In this document: one piece after another, positions 53,725 to 64,000 of the stretch | Layout of the letters: each line of letters starts with the position of its first letter | Position numbering within the stretch: the first letter of the stretch is position 1 | NCBI RefSeq assembly: GCF_001194135.2 | Contig: NC_068982.1 | Location: forward strand, 43,396,694-43,460,693 | Direction of reading: 5' to 3' | DNA from: Octopus bimaculoides | Lineage: Eukaryota | Length of the DNA: 64,000 nt | Translations under genes and position numbers: made by a program | Notes under the pieces: model-generated | Told to the model about the DNA's origin: nothing | The model's database searches: none | The model's input: the letters and a program-made list of their open reading frames with translations, nothing else

Positions 53725-53913
53725 AAGAAGAAGAAGAAGAAGAAGAAGAAGAAGAAGAAGAAGAAGAAGAAGAAGANNNNNNNNNNAAGAAGAAGAAGAA
53801 GAAGAAGAAGAAGAAGAAGAAGAAGAAGAAGAAGAAGAAGAAGAAGAAGAAAAAGAAAAAGAAAAAGAAAAAGAAGAAGAAGAAGAAGAAGAAGAAGAAG
53901 AAGAAGAAGAAGA
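53697..53913. repeat. Long (GAA)n tract with a short internal gap
   Basis: Read directly; a few GAAAAA variants near 53850-53870. Confidence 0.95.
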
Positions 53914-54179
53914 AATCCTTTCTACTATAGGCACAAGGTTTGAAATTTCGGGGGAGGAGACTAGTCGATTACATCGTCCTCAGTGCTTCATTGGTACTTA
54001 ATTTGGGGAATGGGACCAGCCAATTACATCAACCCTAATGTGTTACTGGTACTTAATTTATCGACCCCGAAAGGAAGAAAGGCAAAGTCGACCCCGGCGG
54101 CATTTGAACTCAGAACATGAAGACAGACGAAATACCGTTAAGCATTTCGCCCGGCATGCTAACGATTCAGCCAGCTCGC

Positions 54180-54254
<75 letters not shown>
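54180..54254. repeat. (TAG)n microsatellite
   Basis: Read directly. Confidence 0.95.
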
Positions 54255-54255
<1 letters not shown>

Positions 54256-55101
54256 CTCCTACAGAAAGTTTGTCTCTTAGGGACAGCAAGGATTATCTAA
54301 GCACTTGGAAGACTGCTGAAAACTTGTTGATACCCAAGGTTACGGGTAATAACCCGCAAACCACATAAATCCTACCTAGAATAAGACCGAACCTGAGCCA
54401 AACCAAAGCAATCATAATCCTTTCTACTGTAGGCACAAGGTTTGAAAATTGAGGCGGGGACAGTCGATTACATCGACTCCAGTGTCTAACCGGTACTTAT
54501 TTTATCGAACCCGAAAGGATGAAAGACAAAAGTCAACCTCGGCGGAATTTGAACTCAGAACGTAGCGACGGGCGAAATACCGCTAAGCATTTTGCTCGGC
54601 GTGAATAATAATTTCTTAGTCAGAACAGGCACAAGGCCACAAATTCAAGTGAAGAGTTTAGCTCATTATAAAACGCGGCACTTGACTCTGGAAAGACGAA
54701 AAGCAAAGATGAATTCAGGACAAAGTTCCAGAACAAATACCGCAAGGAAATTTTTTTCTGACGCTCGAGCGACTCTACCAATAAACCGTTCAAATAAATT
54801 CTAACTTTAGTCCAGACCTATAAGTCTCGGAGGGTAGCAAAGTTGATTAAACAGACTAAAGATTTTCACTAGTACTTCATTCATCAACCCTGACGATGAA
54901 AGACAAAGTCGACTCTGGAATGACTGGAAAGGACGAAAGGCTTCGACGGCATTTGAGCTCACAAAAAGACGGACGAAACGCTACTTAACATTTTGTCCAA
55001 CTCGCTAACGATTCTACTAGCTCAAAACATCCATAATAACAATAATCCTTTCTACTGTAGGCACAAGGCCTGAAATTTTCGGGGAGGGGATATGTCGATT
55101 A

Positions 55102-55138
<37 letters not shown>

Positions 55139-57016
55139 CCCCCAGTACGTAACTGGTAGTAATTTCATCGACTCCGAAAGGATGAAAGGCAAAGTCGATC
55201 TAGGCGGAATTTGAGCTCAGGACATAGCGACGGGCGAAATACCCGCTAAGCATTTCGTCCGACGCGCTAACGATTCTGCCAGCTCACCGCCTAAATAATA
55301 GCAACAACAACAACAACAACAACAACAATAATGATAATAATAATAATGGTTATATAGATTACGAGAAATGGTAGGGCGATAATTACGTTGCAATATGTAG
55401 TTTGATCATGAACAGTGTCGGCATTGTTTTAGTTCTTTTAATGTGAACAAAATCATCAGCAGTATTAAAAAAATACTGGATCATCCACCTACACAGATAT
55501 TGACGTTGTGTCATTTCAAATGTGATCAATAATACTTAAAAGAAACAAATTTTCGAAACCGATCAATGTTAGTATTTATCTTGTGTACACTTTTATATTT
55601 ATCATTCGTGACTATATAAGTATCGAACAGACGATAATAATAATAATAATGGTTATATAGATTACGAGAAATGATAATGATGATGGTTTCTAATTTTGCC
55701 ACAAGGGCAGCAATTTGGAGAGAGGGGATTAGTCGATTACATCGACCCAGTGTTCGAAAGGATAAAAGACAAAGTCATTCTCGGCGGAATTTGAACTCAA
55801 AACGACAGAATAAGAAACAGGCTTTAGAAAACTAACACAGTGCCCCAGCATAGCCGCAGTACAATGACTGAAAAATGTAAAAGACAAATGTATCTTAAAA
55901 TTTCCAACTGACATTATAATATAGAGAATATCGAGAAAAGAATACTATGCGCGCGCGTGTGTATGTGTGTAATTAAAAAAACAACATAAGTTACAGTGGA
56001 GATGCTTATTCTGAAGGTCCGTTCTTTTGGTAGAGGATTTTCATTTTAAAACAAATACGTTCTTGCAAATATTAGATATAATTTTAATCTTATATATAGT
56101 TTAGCAGTGTAATTATATTTCTTCAACTTATAGCTAACTTCAATACGGCCTTCAAGCTTTAAAATGCCACCCGCTCTTGATATAAATCAATTGATTGCTA
56201 AGAAGCTTTAACGCACACGCATATATATCATTTCACACAAATACAAAAGTTATCTCCCCTGCATTAATTCGCATCACATTCAATAAACGTATTACGGATT
56301 ATTTTTTTGTGATTAAATCCATTTATGTACCGACGTAAATTTCTTCCCCGGTTATTTTTAGGAAAAAGATTGTAATCTCCGATGCAGTTTTGATTCAGAA
56401 ATGGGGGAGGGGGGACAAATATATCACTTTCTAATAATCAGAGTTTCAGTCAAGAGTGAGACAGACACCACCATTACATATTGTTTGTATAGAACAAGGA
56501 GTAAATAGTTCAGTTTTTTTCTCAAATTTCAAATAGAATTTTTTTTTTTTTTTTTTTTTTTTCATATAAGTCGTGAATATGTGCGTGATATTCATTTGTT
56601 CGGAGAGAACGTGGGAGAAATTTGGATATGTACAACGCATGAATCGTTGCGAAAATTTAGTTTCAAGGGAAATAACTCCCGGAAATATTCTTTAGAGAGT
56701 TACTTCCCTTAGACAAATGCCTGCTATTTGCAATATTTATGTCCCTTTGATGGTATTCAGGAGATTCAAATGCTAAGATACCCTTATTTCAGAAAAAGGA
56801 GATGGTAAAACCTTTATATGTAAACAAATTTACAAGATCTGCAATCAGCATAACAAAGTAATAAACAACGCACAATGATCTCTTTTTTTAATAACTTAAG
56901 CACATTTACAAAGCTCCACCTTGCTAAATAGCTCTAAAGCTTATGATACCCAGATCAAATCCAATACATTTACAGTCATTTATTTTTCTCCCTTTATATT
57001 CACTCACTTAAGCATA

Positions 57017-57885
57017 GAGTATGGCAGTGAAACATGGGCTGTAACTGCTGAGGACATACGTAAGGTCGCAAGGAATAAAGCCAGTATGCTCCGTTGGATG
57101 TGTAATGTCAATGTGAATACCCGTCAGAGTGTAAGTATCTTGAGAGAAAAGCTGAACATTAGAAGCATCAGTTGTGGCGTGCAAGAGAGATGATTGCGCT
57201 GGTATGGACATGTGGTGAGAATGGATGAGGATAGCTGCGTGAAAAAGTGCCACACCCTAACAGTTGAGGGAACCCGTGGAAGAGGTAGGCCCAGGAAGAC
57301 CTGGGCTGAGGTGGTGAGGCAAGACCATGGAACATTGGGCCTCACCGAGGCGATGACTACTGACCGAGACCTTTGGAAATGNNNNNNNNNNNNNNNNNNN
57401 NNNNNNNNNNNNNNNNNNNNNNNNNNNNNNNNNNNNNNNNNNNNNNNNNNNNNNNNNNNNNNNNNNNNNNNNNNNNNNNNNNNNNNNNNNNNNNNNNNNN
57501 NNNNNNNNNNNNNNNNNNNNNNNNNNNNNNNNNNNNNNNNNNNNNNNNNNNNNNNNNNNNNNNNNNNNNNNNNNNNNNNNNNNNNNNNNNNNNNNNNNNN
57601 NNNNNNNNNNNNNNNNNNNNNNNNNNNNNNNNNNNNNNNNGCTTGTGCGGGTGGCACATAAAAGACACCATTTCGAGCGTGGCCGTTTTCGTGCTGGTAA
57701 CACGTAAAAGCACCCACTACACTCTCTGAGTGGTTGGCGTTAGGAAGGGCATCCAGCTGTAGAAACTCTGCCAAATCAGACTGGAGCCTGGTGTTGCCAT
57801 CCGGTTTCACCAGTCCTCAGTCAAATCGTCCAACCCATGCTAGCATGGAAAGCGGACGTTAAACGATGATGATGATGATGATGAT
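57017..57885 (+). mobile_element. 5'-truncated RTE-clade LINE: ORF C-terminus, 3' UTR, (GAT)n tail
   Basis: YGSETWAVT...MLRWMCNV...*LRWYGHVVRMDEDSCVKK...GTRGRGRPRKTWAEVVRQD...DRDLWK, then UTR ending GGACGTTAAACGATGATGATG. Confidence 0.9.
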
Positions 57886-58592
57886 GTATGTATGTATATA
57901 CCTATGGTTACAGGTCATACAGAAGTAGAAAAAAAAATGCATTAATTAAATAGGAAGTGACAGGTAGAGGATTTAATTTAAGCAGAATTAAATTGAATAC
58001 TCAAAATGCTTGAAATATTTTATCCCTTTAGAATTAATTCAAAGTGTTATGCAACTCAAGAACATCTCTCATCCAGCAGAACAATGGTGTAAGAGAGGAT
58101 TTTGGATGGGATTTAACTGTGTGCCCTGTTGGCTTGTATTCAACCATGTGCAGTGTAGGTATTTGTTGGCCAGTAATTTTACAGCTGGTTGCTCTTCAAA
58201 TTATCAATTCTCTAAAAGAATGTGCAATATGTATCAAGTTACTCATACTAAAATGTCCATTTTACGGATCTAATTGCTAACATAATGCAGTGAGATAAAA
58301 AAAATTTTTAAATGCCTCCAAATTAAATGATTTTTTTAAAATCAAAAAAATGTTTTAATAAGGAAGAGGCTTTCATTACTGTTAATTAAGCCAAATCTCT
58401 TCATGTTGTCTGACAAGTGGAGCAGAGGGAGAAAGAAAGTGTTAATATGCAAGTCAGTAGTTGTGCCAATTGCTCATTGCAAATGGGAAAATTATTGAAA
58501 CAAACTAAATTGTTTGGTCACAACAATGAAAGAAAAACAAAGTTCGTTAAATAGAATGAGGAAGAATTTCTTTCATAAAAGATATTCATAGA

Positions 58593-58757
58593 GGCGCAGG
58601 AGTGGCTGTGTGGTAGGTAGCTTGCTTACCAACCACATGCTTCCGGGTTCAGTCCCACTACGTGGCACCTTGGGCAAGTGTTTTCTACTATAGCCTCGGG
58701 CCGACCAAAACCTTGTGAGTGGATTTGGTAGATGGAAACTGAAAGAAGCCCGTCGTA

Positions 58758-58802
<45 letters not shown>

Positions 58803-59010
58803 TTGCGTGTCTGTATTTGTCCCCCCACCATTGCTTGACAACCGATGGTGGTGTGTTTACGTCCCCGTGGCTTAGCGGTTTGGCAAAAGAGACCGATAGA
58901 ATAAGTACTAGGCTTCCAAAGAATAAGTCCTGGGGTCGATTTGCTCGACTGGGGGCAGTGCTCCAGCATGGCCGCAGTCAAATGACTGAAACAAGTAAAA
59001 GAGTAAAAGA
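58593..59010 (+). mobile_element. SINE family C, near full length (tRNA head, CORE-like segment, internal (TA)n)
   Basis: TGGCTGTGTGG A-box-like, GGGTTCAGTCCC B-box-like, CACCTTGGGCAAGTG CORE-like motif, AAGTAAAAGAG tail. Confidence 0.9.
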
Positions 59011-59309
59011 GAGTATGGAAAAATAAAAGACCTTGGATTATATGAAGTGAGGGATTAAAGCAGTAGTGAGATTTGATCTCAACGTGCACAAAAGAGTTAA
59101 AATTTATGCAGAGTAGCAATACAGCAGACCTATCTAAAGCATGTCAGCACAGTGGAGTGGAGTAAATGATTATTAAGAAATCAAACTTTATTACAACTGA
59201 TTCATCACCATCATTTAACATCCCTTTTTCCTGCAGAAATGGGTTACACAATTTAACAGGAACTGACTAGTCTAAGGGATGTGTTGGTCTTCAGTGACTG
59301 CTTTGATAA

Positions 59310-59575
59310 GGTTTCTGTAAATGGATACCCATCCTAGTGCATATCATCAACATCATCATCATTTAACGTCTATTTTTCCATGCTTGCATAGATTGAGCAG
59401 GATTTATTGCAGTAGATTTTTCTATGGTCAAATGCTCTACCTGTCACCAAATTTTATCTGTCTTCAAGCAAGCTAATATTTCCCCTTGGCCAGACACATT
59501 CTCACAGAATGCTGGAAATGAACATCACTGCTTGTATAAGAGTAACAATCATATGTACAACTATCACGCCATGTC
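59310..59575 (-). mobile_element. Old RTE-tail-related repeat; homologue on plus at about 61555-61755
   Basis: Ends in (GAT)n on minus; internal AAATATT...ACAGATAA...CATAGAAAAT shared with the 61.6 kb copy. Confidence 0.55.
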
Positions 59576-59670
59576 AAGATATGGAGACACAAACAAATAC
59601 ACATGCATACATATACACATATGTGCATGCATGTGTGTGTATATATGTATCTAAAGTATATATGTGTGTA

Positions 59671-59707
<37 letters not shown>

Positions 59708-59717
59708 ATATCATCAT

Positions 59718-59754
<37 letters not shown>

Positions 59755-59757
<3 letters not shown>

Positions 59758-60497
59758 AACCTGTGGAAGAGGTAGACCCAGGAAGACCTGGGATGAAGTA
59801 GTGCAGCATGACCTTCGAACATTAGGCCTCACCGAGGTAATGACTAGTGACCGAGACCTTTGGAAATATGCTGTGCTAGAGAAGACCTGGCAAGCCAAGT
59901 GAGACCATAACCCGTAGCTTATGCCAGTGGTGTAACCAGTCCACATATGCGTACCCTTCCTTCATTGGAGACTAAATTCTGCTTGCAAAGACCAGTTGAG
60001 GCAAGTGAAATCGAAATCAAATTTGATAACAGCACCACTTCACTGGCATCCATGCTAGTAGAGCACTAAGAGCACCATCCGAGTGTGATCATTGCCAGGG
60101 CTGCTGACTGACTCCCGTGCCAGTGGCACGTAAAAAGCACCATTCAAATAGGATCATTACCAGCGTCGCCTTACTGGCAACTGTGCCAGTGGCACATGAA
60201 AGACAGCATTCGAGCGAGGTCGTTGCTAGTGCCACTGGACTGGCTCTTGTGCAGGTGGCACGTAAAAAACACCTTTTGAGCATGGCTGTTGCCAGTACTG
60301 CCTGACTGGCCCTCATGCCGGTGGCACGTAAAAGCACCCACTATACTTTCGGAATGGTTAGCATTAGGAAGGGCAAACAGCTGTAGAAACTCTGCCAGAT
60401 CAGATTGGAGCCTGGTGCAGCCATCTGGCTCGCCAGTCCTCAGTCAAACCGTCCAATCCATGCTAGCATGGAAAGCGGACATTAAAGGATGATGATG
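59755..60497 (+). mobile_element. 5'-truncated RTE LINE with complete 3' UTR
   Basis: Starts at TCGRGRPRKTW-equivalent codons and matches 57270-57380 and 57641-57885; shows CpG decay. Confidence 0.85.
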
Positions 60498-60950
60498 AGG
60501 AGGATATATTTCTATATATATGTATATATATATATCAGGGACATGCCGTCTAAGTAGGCAAGGTAAGCTGTGCCTATCTTGAATAAAATAGATCAATAGC
60601 AACATTTTCCTTTTATGGCAAAATATGCACCTAATTCAATAAAATTATGAAGGGTACTCTGATTATTATGTATAAAATACAAAATACTTTTATGTTTTTG
60701 TAGATTAGGTAGGCATAATTTGTCCCTGCCTTTCAATCTCGGTATTTAAGCTATGCATAGTAATGCCTTAGTACACATGCTGCATACACTCCTACAACAC
60801 CATTTTCTCTACGTGCTATAAAGGCAGAAGTGATTCTGCCTCTAGTCGCGTGCCTGTTTCACTTATTTTTTGTTTTACTACATACATGTCACCAACTGCC
60901 TACTCTGAGTAATTACTGACAGCATGTATATATATATATATATATATATA

Positions 60951-61188
60951 CAGGGTGACGACCCAAAAGTAGGTTTACAGTTATTCAACAGTCTCTTTTG
61001 CATTCATATATTAACAGTTTAGATCTTAATTATAAAAAAATATGAAACCATTATTCTATGCTAATTTAGTTAATTTTGTCAAGCTCCCTTTTCAGTCTGT
61101 AAGATAGAAATTTAAATGTAATAAAATGTTTTAAAAGAAATTTAAAGTGCCTGTGTGATAATTGTAAACCTACTTTTCGGCCACCCTG
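60951..61188. mobile_element. Tc1/mariner-type MITE with TA TSD
   Basis: TA|CAGGGTGACGACCCAAAAGTAGGTTTACAGTTAT ... ATAATTGTAAACCTACTTTTCGGCCACCCTG|TA. Confidence 0.85.
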
Positions 61189-61784
61189 TATGATGGATTC
61201 TCCTGTCAAAGACGACACAGCTTTTTGCTGAAAGACCTGCACAAATGATTTGTTTGTAGTGATCAAATGTTTATGCCACACATTAGCCCACTTTCTCCAT
61301 CAAATCGATATTGTCTGAACAGGTGCACTGTATGCCATGCATCAGGTGTTGAAGTAATCGCAGAGCAACACGAGATGGAGTTTTTTATTCAAGAACACAA
61401 CACACCGTCCAGTCTAGCAATTGAAATCATGATTGCTAGATCGTGAGTGCAACACCCTAACTACTAAGCCATGTATGTACTCTACAAGCATACACATTTA
61501 TATATGTTTATCTCTTTGTCTTGACATTGTATGATAGTTATAAACAAATGAACAAGTGTCACCCTCGTACAAATGATGATGCTTGTAATCTCTGATGAAA
61601 ACATGTTTTGTCTTGAAGAAATATTGCTTTGTTTGGAAACAGATAATGGCTGTTGGCAGAAAGGGTATTCAGTCATAGAAAATTTACTTCAACAAACTTC
61701 ATCTGACCCATGAAAGAATGGAAAAGTGAACATGTAACATACTGATGATAATGATGAAATTTACAGATAATTTTTGCTTCATAA

Positions 61785-61992
61785 TTCATTCTAATTTTGG
61801 CACTAGTCCAGAAATTTCAAGGAGAGAGAGGAGTTGATTACATCAACCTAGTGTTGAACTGGTACTTAATTTGTCAATCCAAAAAGGATGAAAAGTAAAG
61901 TCAACTTCAGTGGAATTTGAACTCAGCACATGGAAAGTTAGAAGAAATGCTGCAAACCATTTTCTCTTATGAACTAATAATTCAGCCAGCTT
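61785..61992 (-). mobile_element. SINE A copy with nearly all CpGs mutated
   Basis: GTTGATTACATCAACC...GTCAATCCAAAAAGGATG...GTCAACTTCAGTGGAATTTGAACTCAG versus GTCGATTACATCGACC...ATCGACCCCGAAAGG...GTCGACCTCGGCGG in other copies. Confidence 0.8.
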
Positions 61993-62063
61993 GCAACCTT
62001 TTGTTTTATAATGTCACCAAAAAATATCTGTTAAATTGTTACCTAGCTGCCATTGAAGACAGA

Positions 62064-62180
62064 CAGGAAAATGTTGCACAGCAGGGAAATTGTGCACAGC
62101 AGGAAAATTGTGCACCACAGGAAAATTGTGCACAGCAGGAAAATTGTGCACCACAGGAAAACTGTGCACAGCAGGAAAAT
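62064..62180 (+). repeat. 18-bp minisatellite, about 6.5 copies
   Basis: Unit CAGGAAAATTGTGCAC(AG/CA) at 62064, 62082, 62100, 62118, 62136, 62154 and 62172. Confidence 0.95.
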
Positions 62181-63169
62181 ATTTTATTCTCGTTTCAAAT
62201 TAATACTCTCCACAAAACATTTCTGAATTATATATTTATGACAAGGTCTAGTCATTGTTGTACTGTGGTGGGCTGTGCACTTCAGTGACCCTGAGAGATA
62301 TATCAATGGAATATAGAAGTTCCTGCAATGGAATATAGAAGTTCCCTATGCTGGATATATGTCAAAGAATAGAGGCCAGATCAACAGGGACCACTTCTTC
62401 TTAGAGGTTAAAATGGGTTCCTATAGAGCCAACACTATGTACAAAAACAACAAAATTACAGAAGCATTGATAGCAATTTAAAATTTAAAACCAGCAAGAC
62501 TTGGGAAAGAGAAGCAGAAAAGTAGAGAAAAGTAGAAAAGCAGAAAAGTAGAGAAAAGTCATTTATGGCCTATGCTTCATAGAGAGCAAAGGGCTTAAAT
62601 GAGTTGTAAGAATTATATATGTTACATTTGCAGACTGCTTGACAACCGGTTTTGGTGTGTTTATGCTCCTGTAACCTAGTGGTTCGGTAAAAGAGATCAA
62701 TGAAATGAGTACCAGGCTTTAATATACTTTCATATAGAAATAAAACTGGTATACCACTGGAAAGATAATCGTTCAAATGAACCGACAAATGCCTAATCAA
62801 ATATTTCTATTGTACCCAACACATGTATTCTGCATATTAGGGTCATAATTAAGCAAGAACATAAGGAAACAGTCAAGTCTCTTGCAAATTGCTTGCTACA
62901 AGTTCTACAGTAATTTCATAACAGTCAGTATATGTGCATGTGTGTGGGAGGAGATAAATGAATGGTGAGAGAGAGATTACCAAAGCAGGAACTTCAAATT
63001 CTTATGGCCACCAGACTAGTTTTCTCGTATCTTGAATAGACTAGTATTTTGCATGGTACAGTATTAATAAACTTGTATCATTTATACTAATGTACTGGTA
63101 CCTAAATTTAATTTGATTGCTTAAATAAATTCAACATTTGTTTAATCTGGAGTGTGGTCACCCCTTGAT

Positions 63170-63530
63170 GAAGATACATGGCTCAATGGGTTAGAGTGTT
63201 GGGCTCACAATTATAAGGTAATGGGTTTGATTCCAGGACTGGGCTGTGTGTTATGTTCTAGAGCAAGACATTTTATTTCACATTGCTCCAGTTCACTCAG
63301 CTGTGGAAATGAGTTGTGATGTCACTGGTGCCAAGCTGTATCGGCCTTTACTTCTCCCTTGTATAACATTTGCGATGTGGAGAGAGGAGGCTGGTACACA
63401 CGGGCGACTGCTGGTCTTCCATAAACAACCTTGCTCAGACTTGTGCCTCAGAGGGGAACTTTCTATGTGCAATCCCTTGGTCATTCATGACCAAAGAGGG
63501 GTCTTTACTCTTTACCCTGGCCACCCTTTG
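63170..63530 (+). mobile_element. Old CORE-like SINE, CpG-decayed, with a different 3' half
   Basis: TGGCTCAATGG...GGTTTGATTCC head, GAGCAAGACATTTTATTTCACATTGCTCCAGTTCACTCAGCTG segment shared with 9835-10159. Confidence 0.65.
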
Positions 63531-64000
63531 CTCAGAAAAAAAAATAACTAATCTAGAAAGGCTTTGGAATCAAGAGTTCTGGAAAATCAGTGTTGTACTT
63601 GTATATTAAGGAGAAAGTTTGTGCTCATGATCCTTTATAGGACCTCAGAGATTACTGAGAGAGAAGGAGGACATTAATCCTCAAACCAGAGACCTGGCTA
63701 AAAGCTTGCAACAAAGTAGACACTGCTAAAGATTTTCAAGAGTTAGGTGCTGACATTAAGTCAAGTAACAAATATTAAGCCTACATCCAATTCTATGTAA
63801 ATAACAGCAACATGTGTACCACTAATGAAATGTACTGAAAGCTTAAGATCACAAAGTGTAAGAAAAGGCATCTTGTCAGAAGTTTTTAGTTTCTTCTCTA
63901 CTACAACAAATCAGTAAAATATTGGTCTCAAATTTTGGCACAAGGCCAGCAATTTTGAGGCGGGAGGGTTAAATTGATTACATAGACATCAGTGCTTAAC

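Larger units (their letters stand above)
52690..55800 (-). mobile_element. Dense array of about 11-12 SINE A copies, all on the minus strand
   Basis: Repeated GGCACAAGG...GTCGATTACATCGACC...GAAAGGCAAAGTCG...GAATTTGAACTCAGAAC units separated by (TAA)n, (GAA)n, (TAG)n and (CAA)n. Confidence 0.85.

Noticed and set aside
3520-54368. ORFs with poly-Y, poly-T, poly-L, poly-S or HT/CV runs
   Set aside because: Translations of microsatellites.
52690-55800. CRISPR-like or satellite interpretation of the periodic repeats
   Set aside because: Units are about 150-250 bp diverged SINEs with microsatellite spacers, not short identical repeats with unique spacers, and there are no cas genes. The 26-bp and 18-bp arrays have no spacers.
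5037-57810. Long ORFs containing X runs (for example 5037-5888, 10999-11781, 14073-14876, 30498-31177, 57124-57810)
   Set aside because: They are open only because N gaps contain no stop codons. Real coding signal inside them is limited to the LINE fragments already listed.
62238-62400. THAP-like start MTRSSHCCTVVGC
   Set aside because: Stops immediately, and the downstream W, C and H residues of a THAP domain are not found.
63628-63870. Possible exon after CCTTTATAG (PQRLLREKEDINPQ...)
   Set aside because: Another frame resembles a decayed RTE segment (KDFQELGADI, LRSQSVRK), so an old LINE remnant is at least as likely; neither call is supportable.

Overview
AT-rich, microsatellite-rich eukaryotic draft-assembly sequence with many N gaps. 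The repeat content (tRNA-headed SINEs, some with CORE-like segments, RTE LINE ends with (GAT)n tails, abundant (AT)n/(TAA)n) looks like a cephalopod genome, probably Octopus; this is inference from repeat style, not a database match. I could not identify any intact host protein-coding gene, rRNA, true tRNA or CRISPR array. Almost all supplied ORFs are artefacts of N gaps or microsatellites, or are transposon remnants. The window holds three abundant SINE families (my labels A, B, C), RTE-clade LINE fragments, 3' ends of an R4/Dong-like RLE retrotransposon sitting in (TAA)n tracts, a full-length but dead DD37D/maT transposon with TIRs, a pogo transposase remnant and several Tc1/pogo MITEs. The most interesting signals are: Penelope-type minimal hammerhead-ribozyme motifs (best at 20455-20490, minus); a sharp switch to CpG-decayed sequence from about 57.9 kb, suggesting the methylated body of a gene whose exons I cannot identify; a LINE with an inverted 5' segment; a templated copy of nearby unique DNA inserted inside a SINE; and same-strand SINE chains built on trinucleotide tracts. 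All alignments and counts were done by eye, and most repeat boundaries are approximate.
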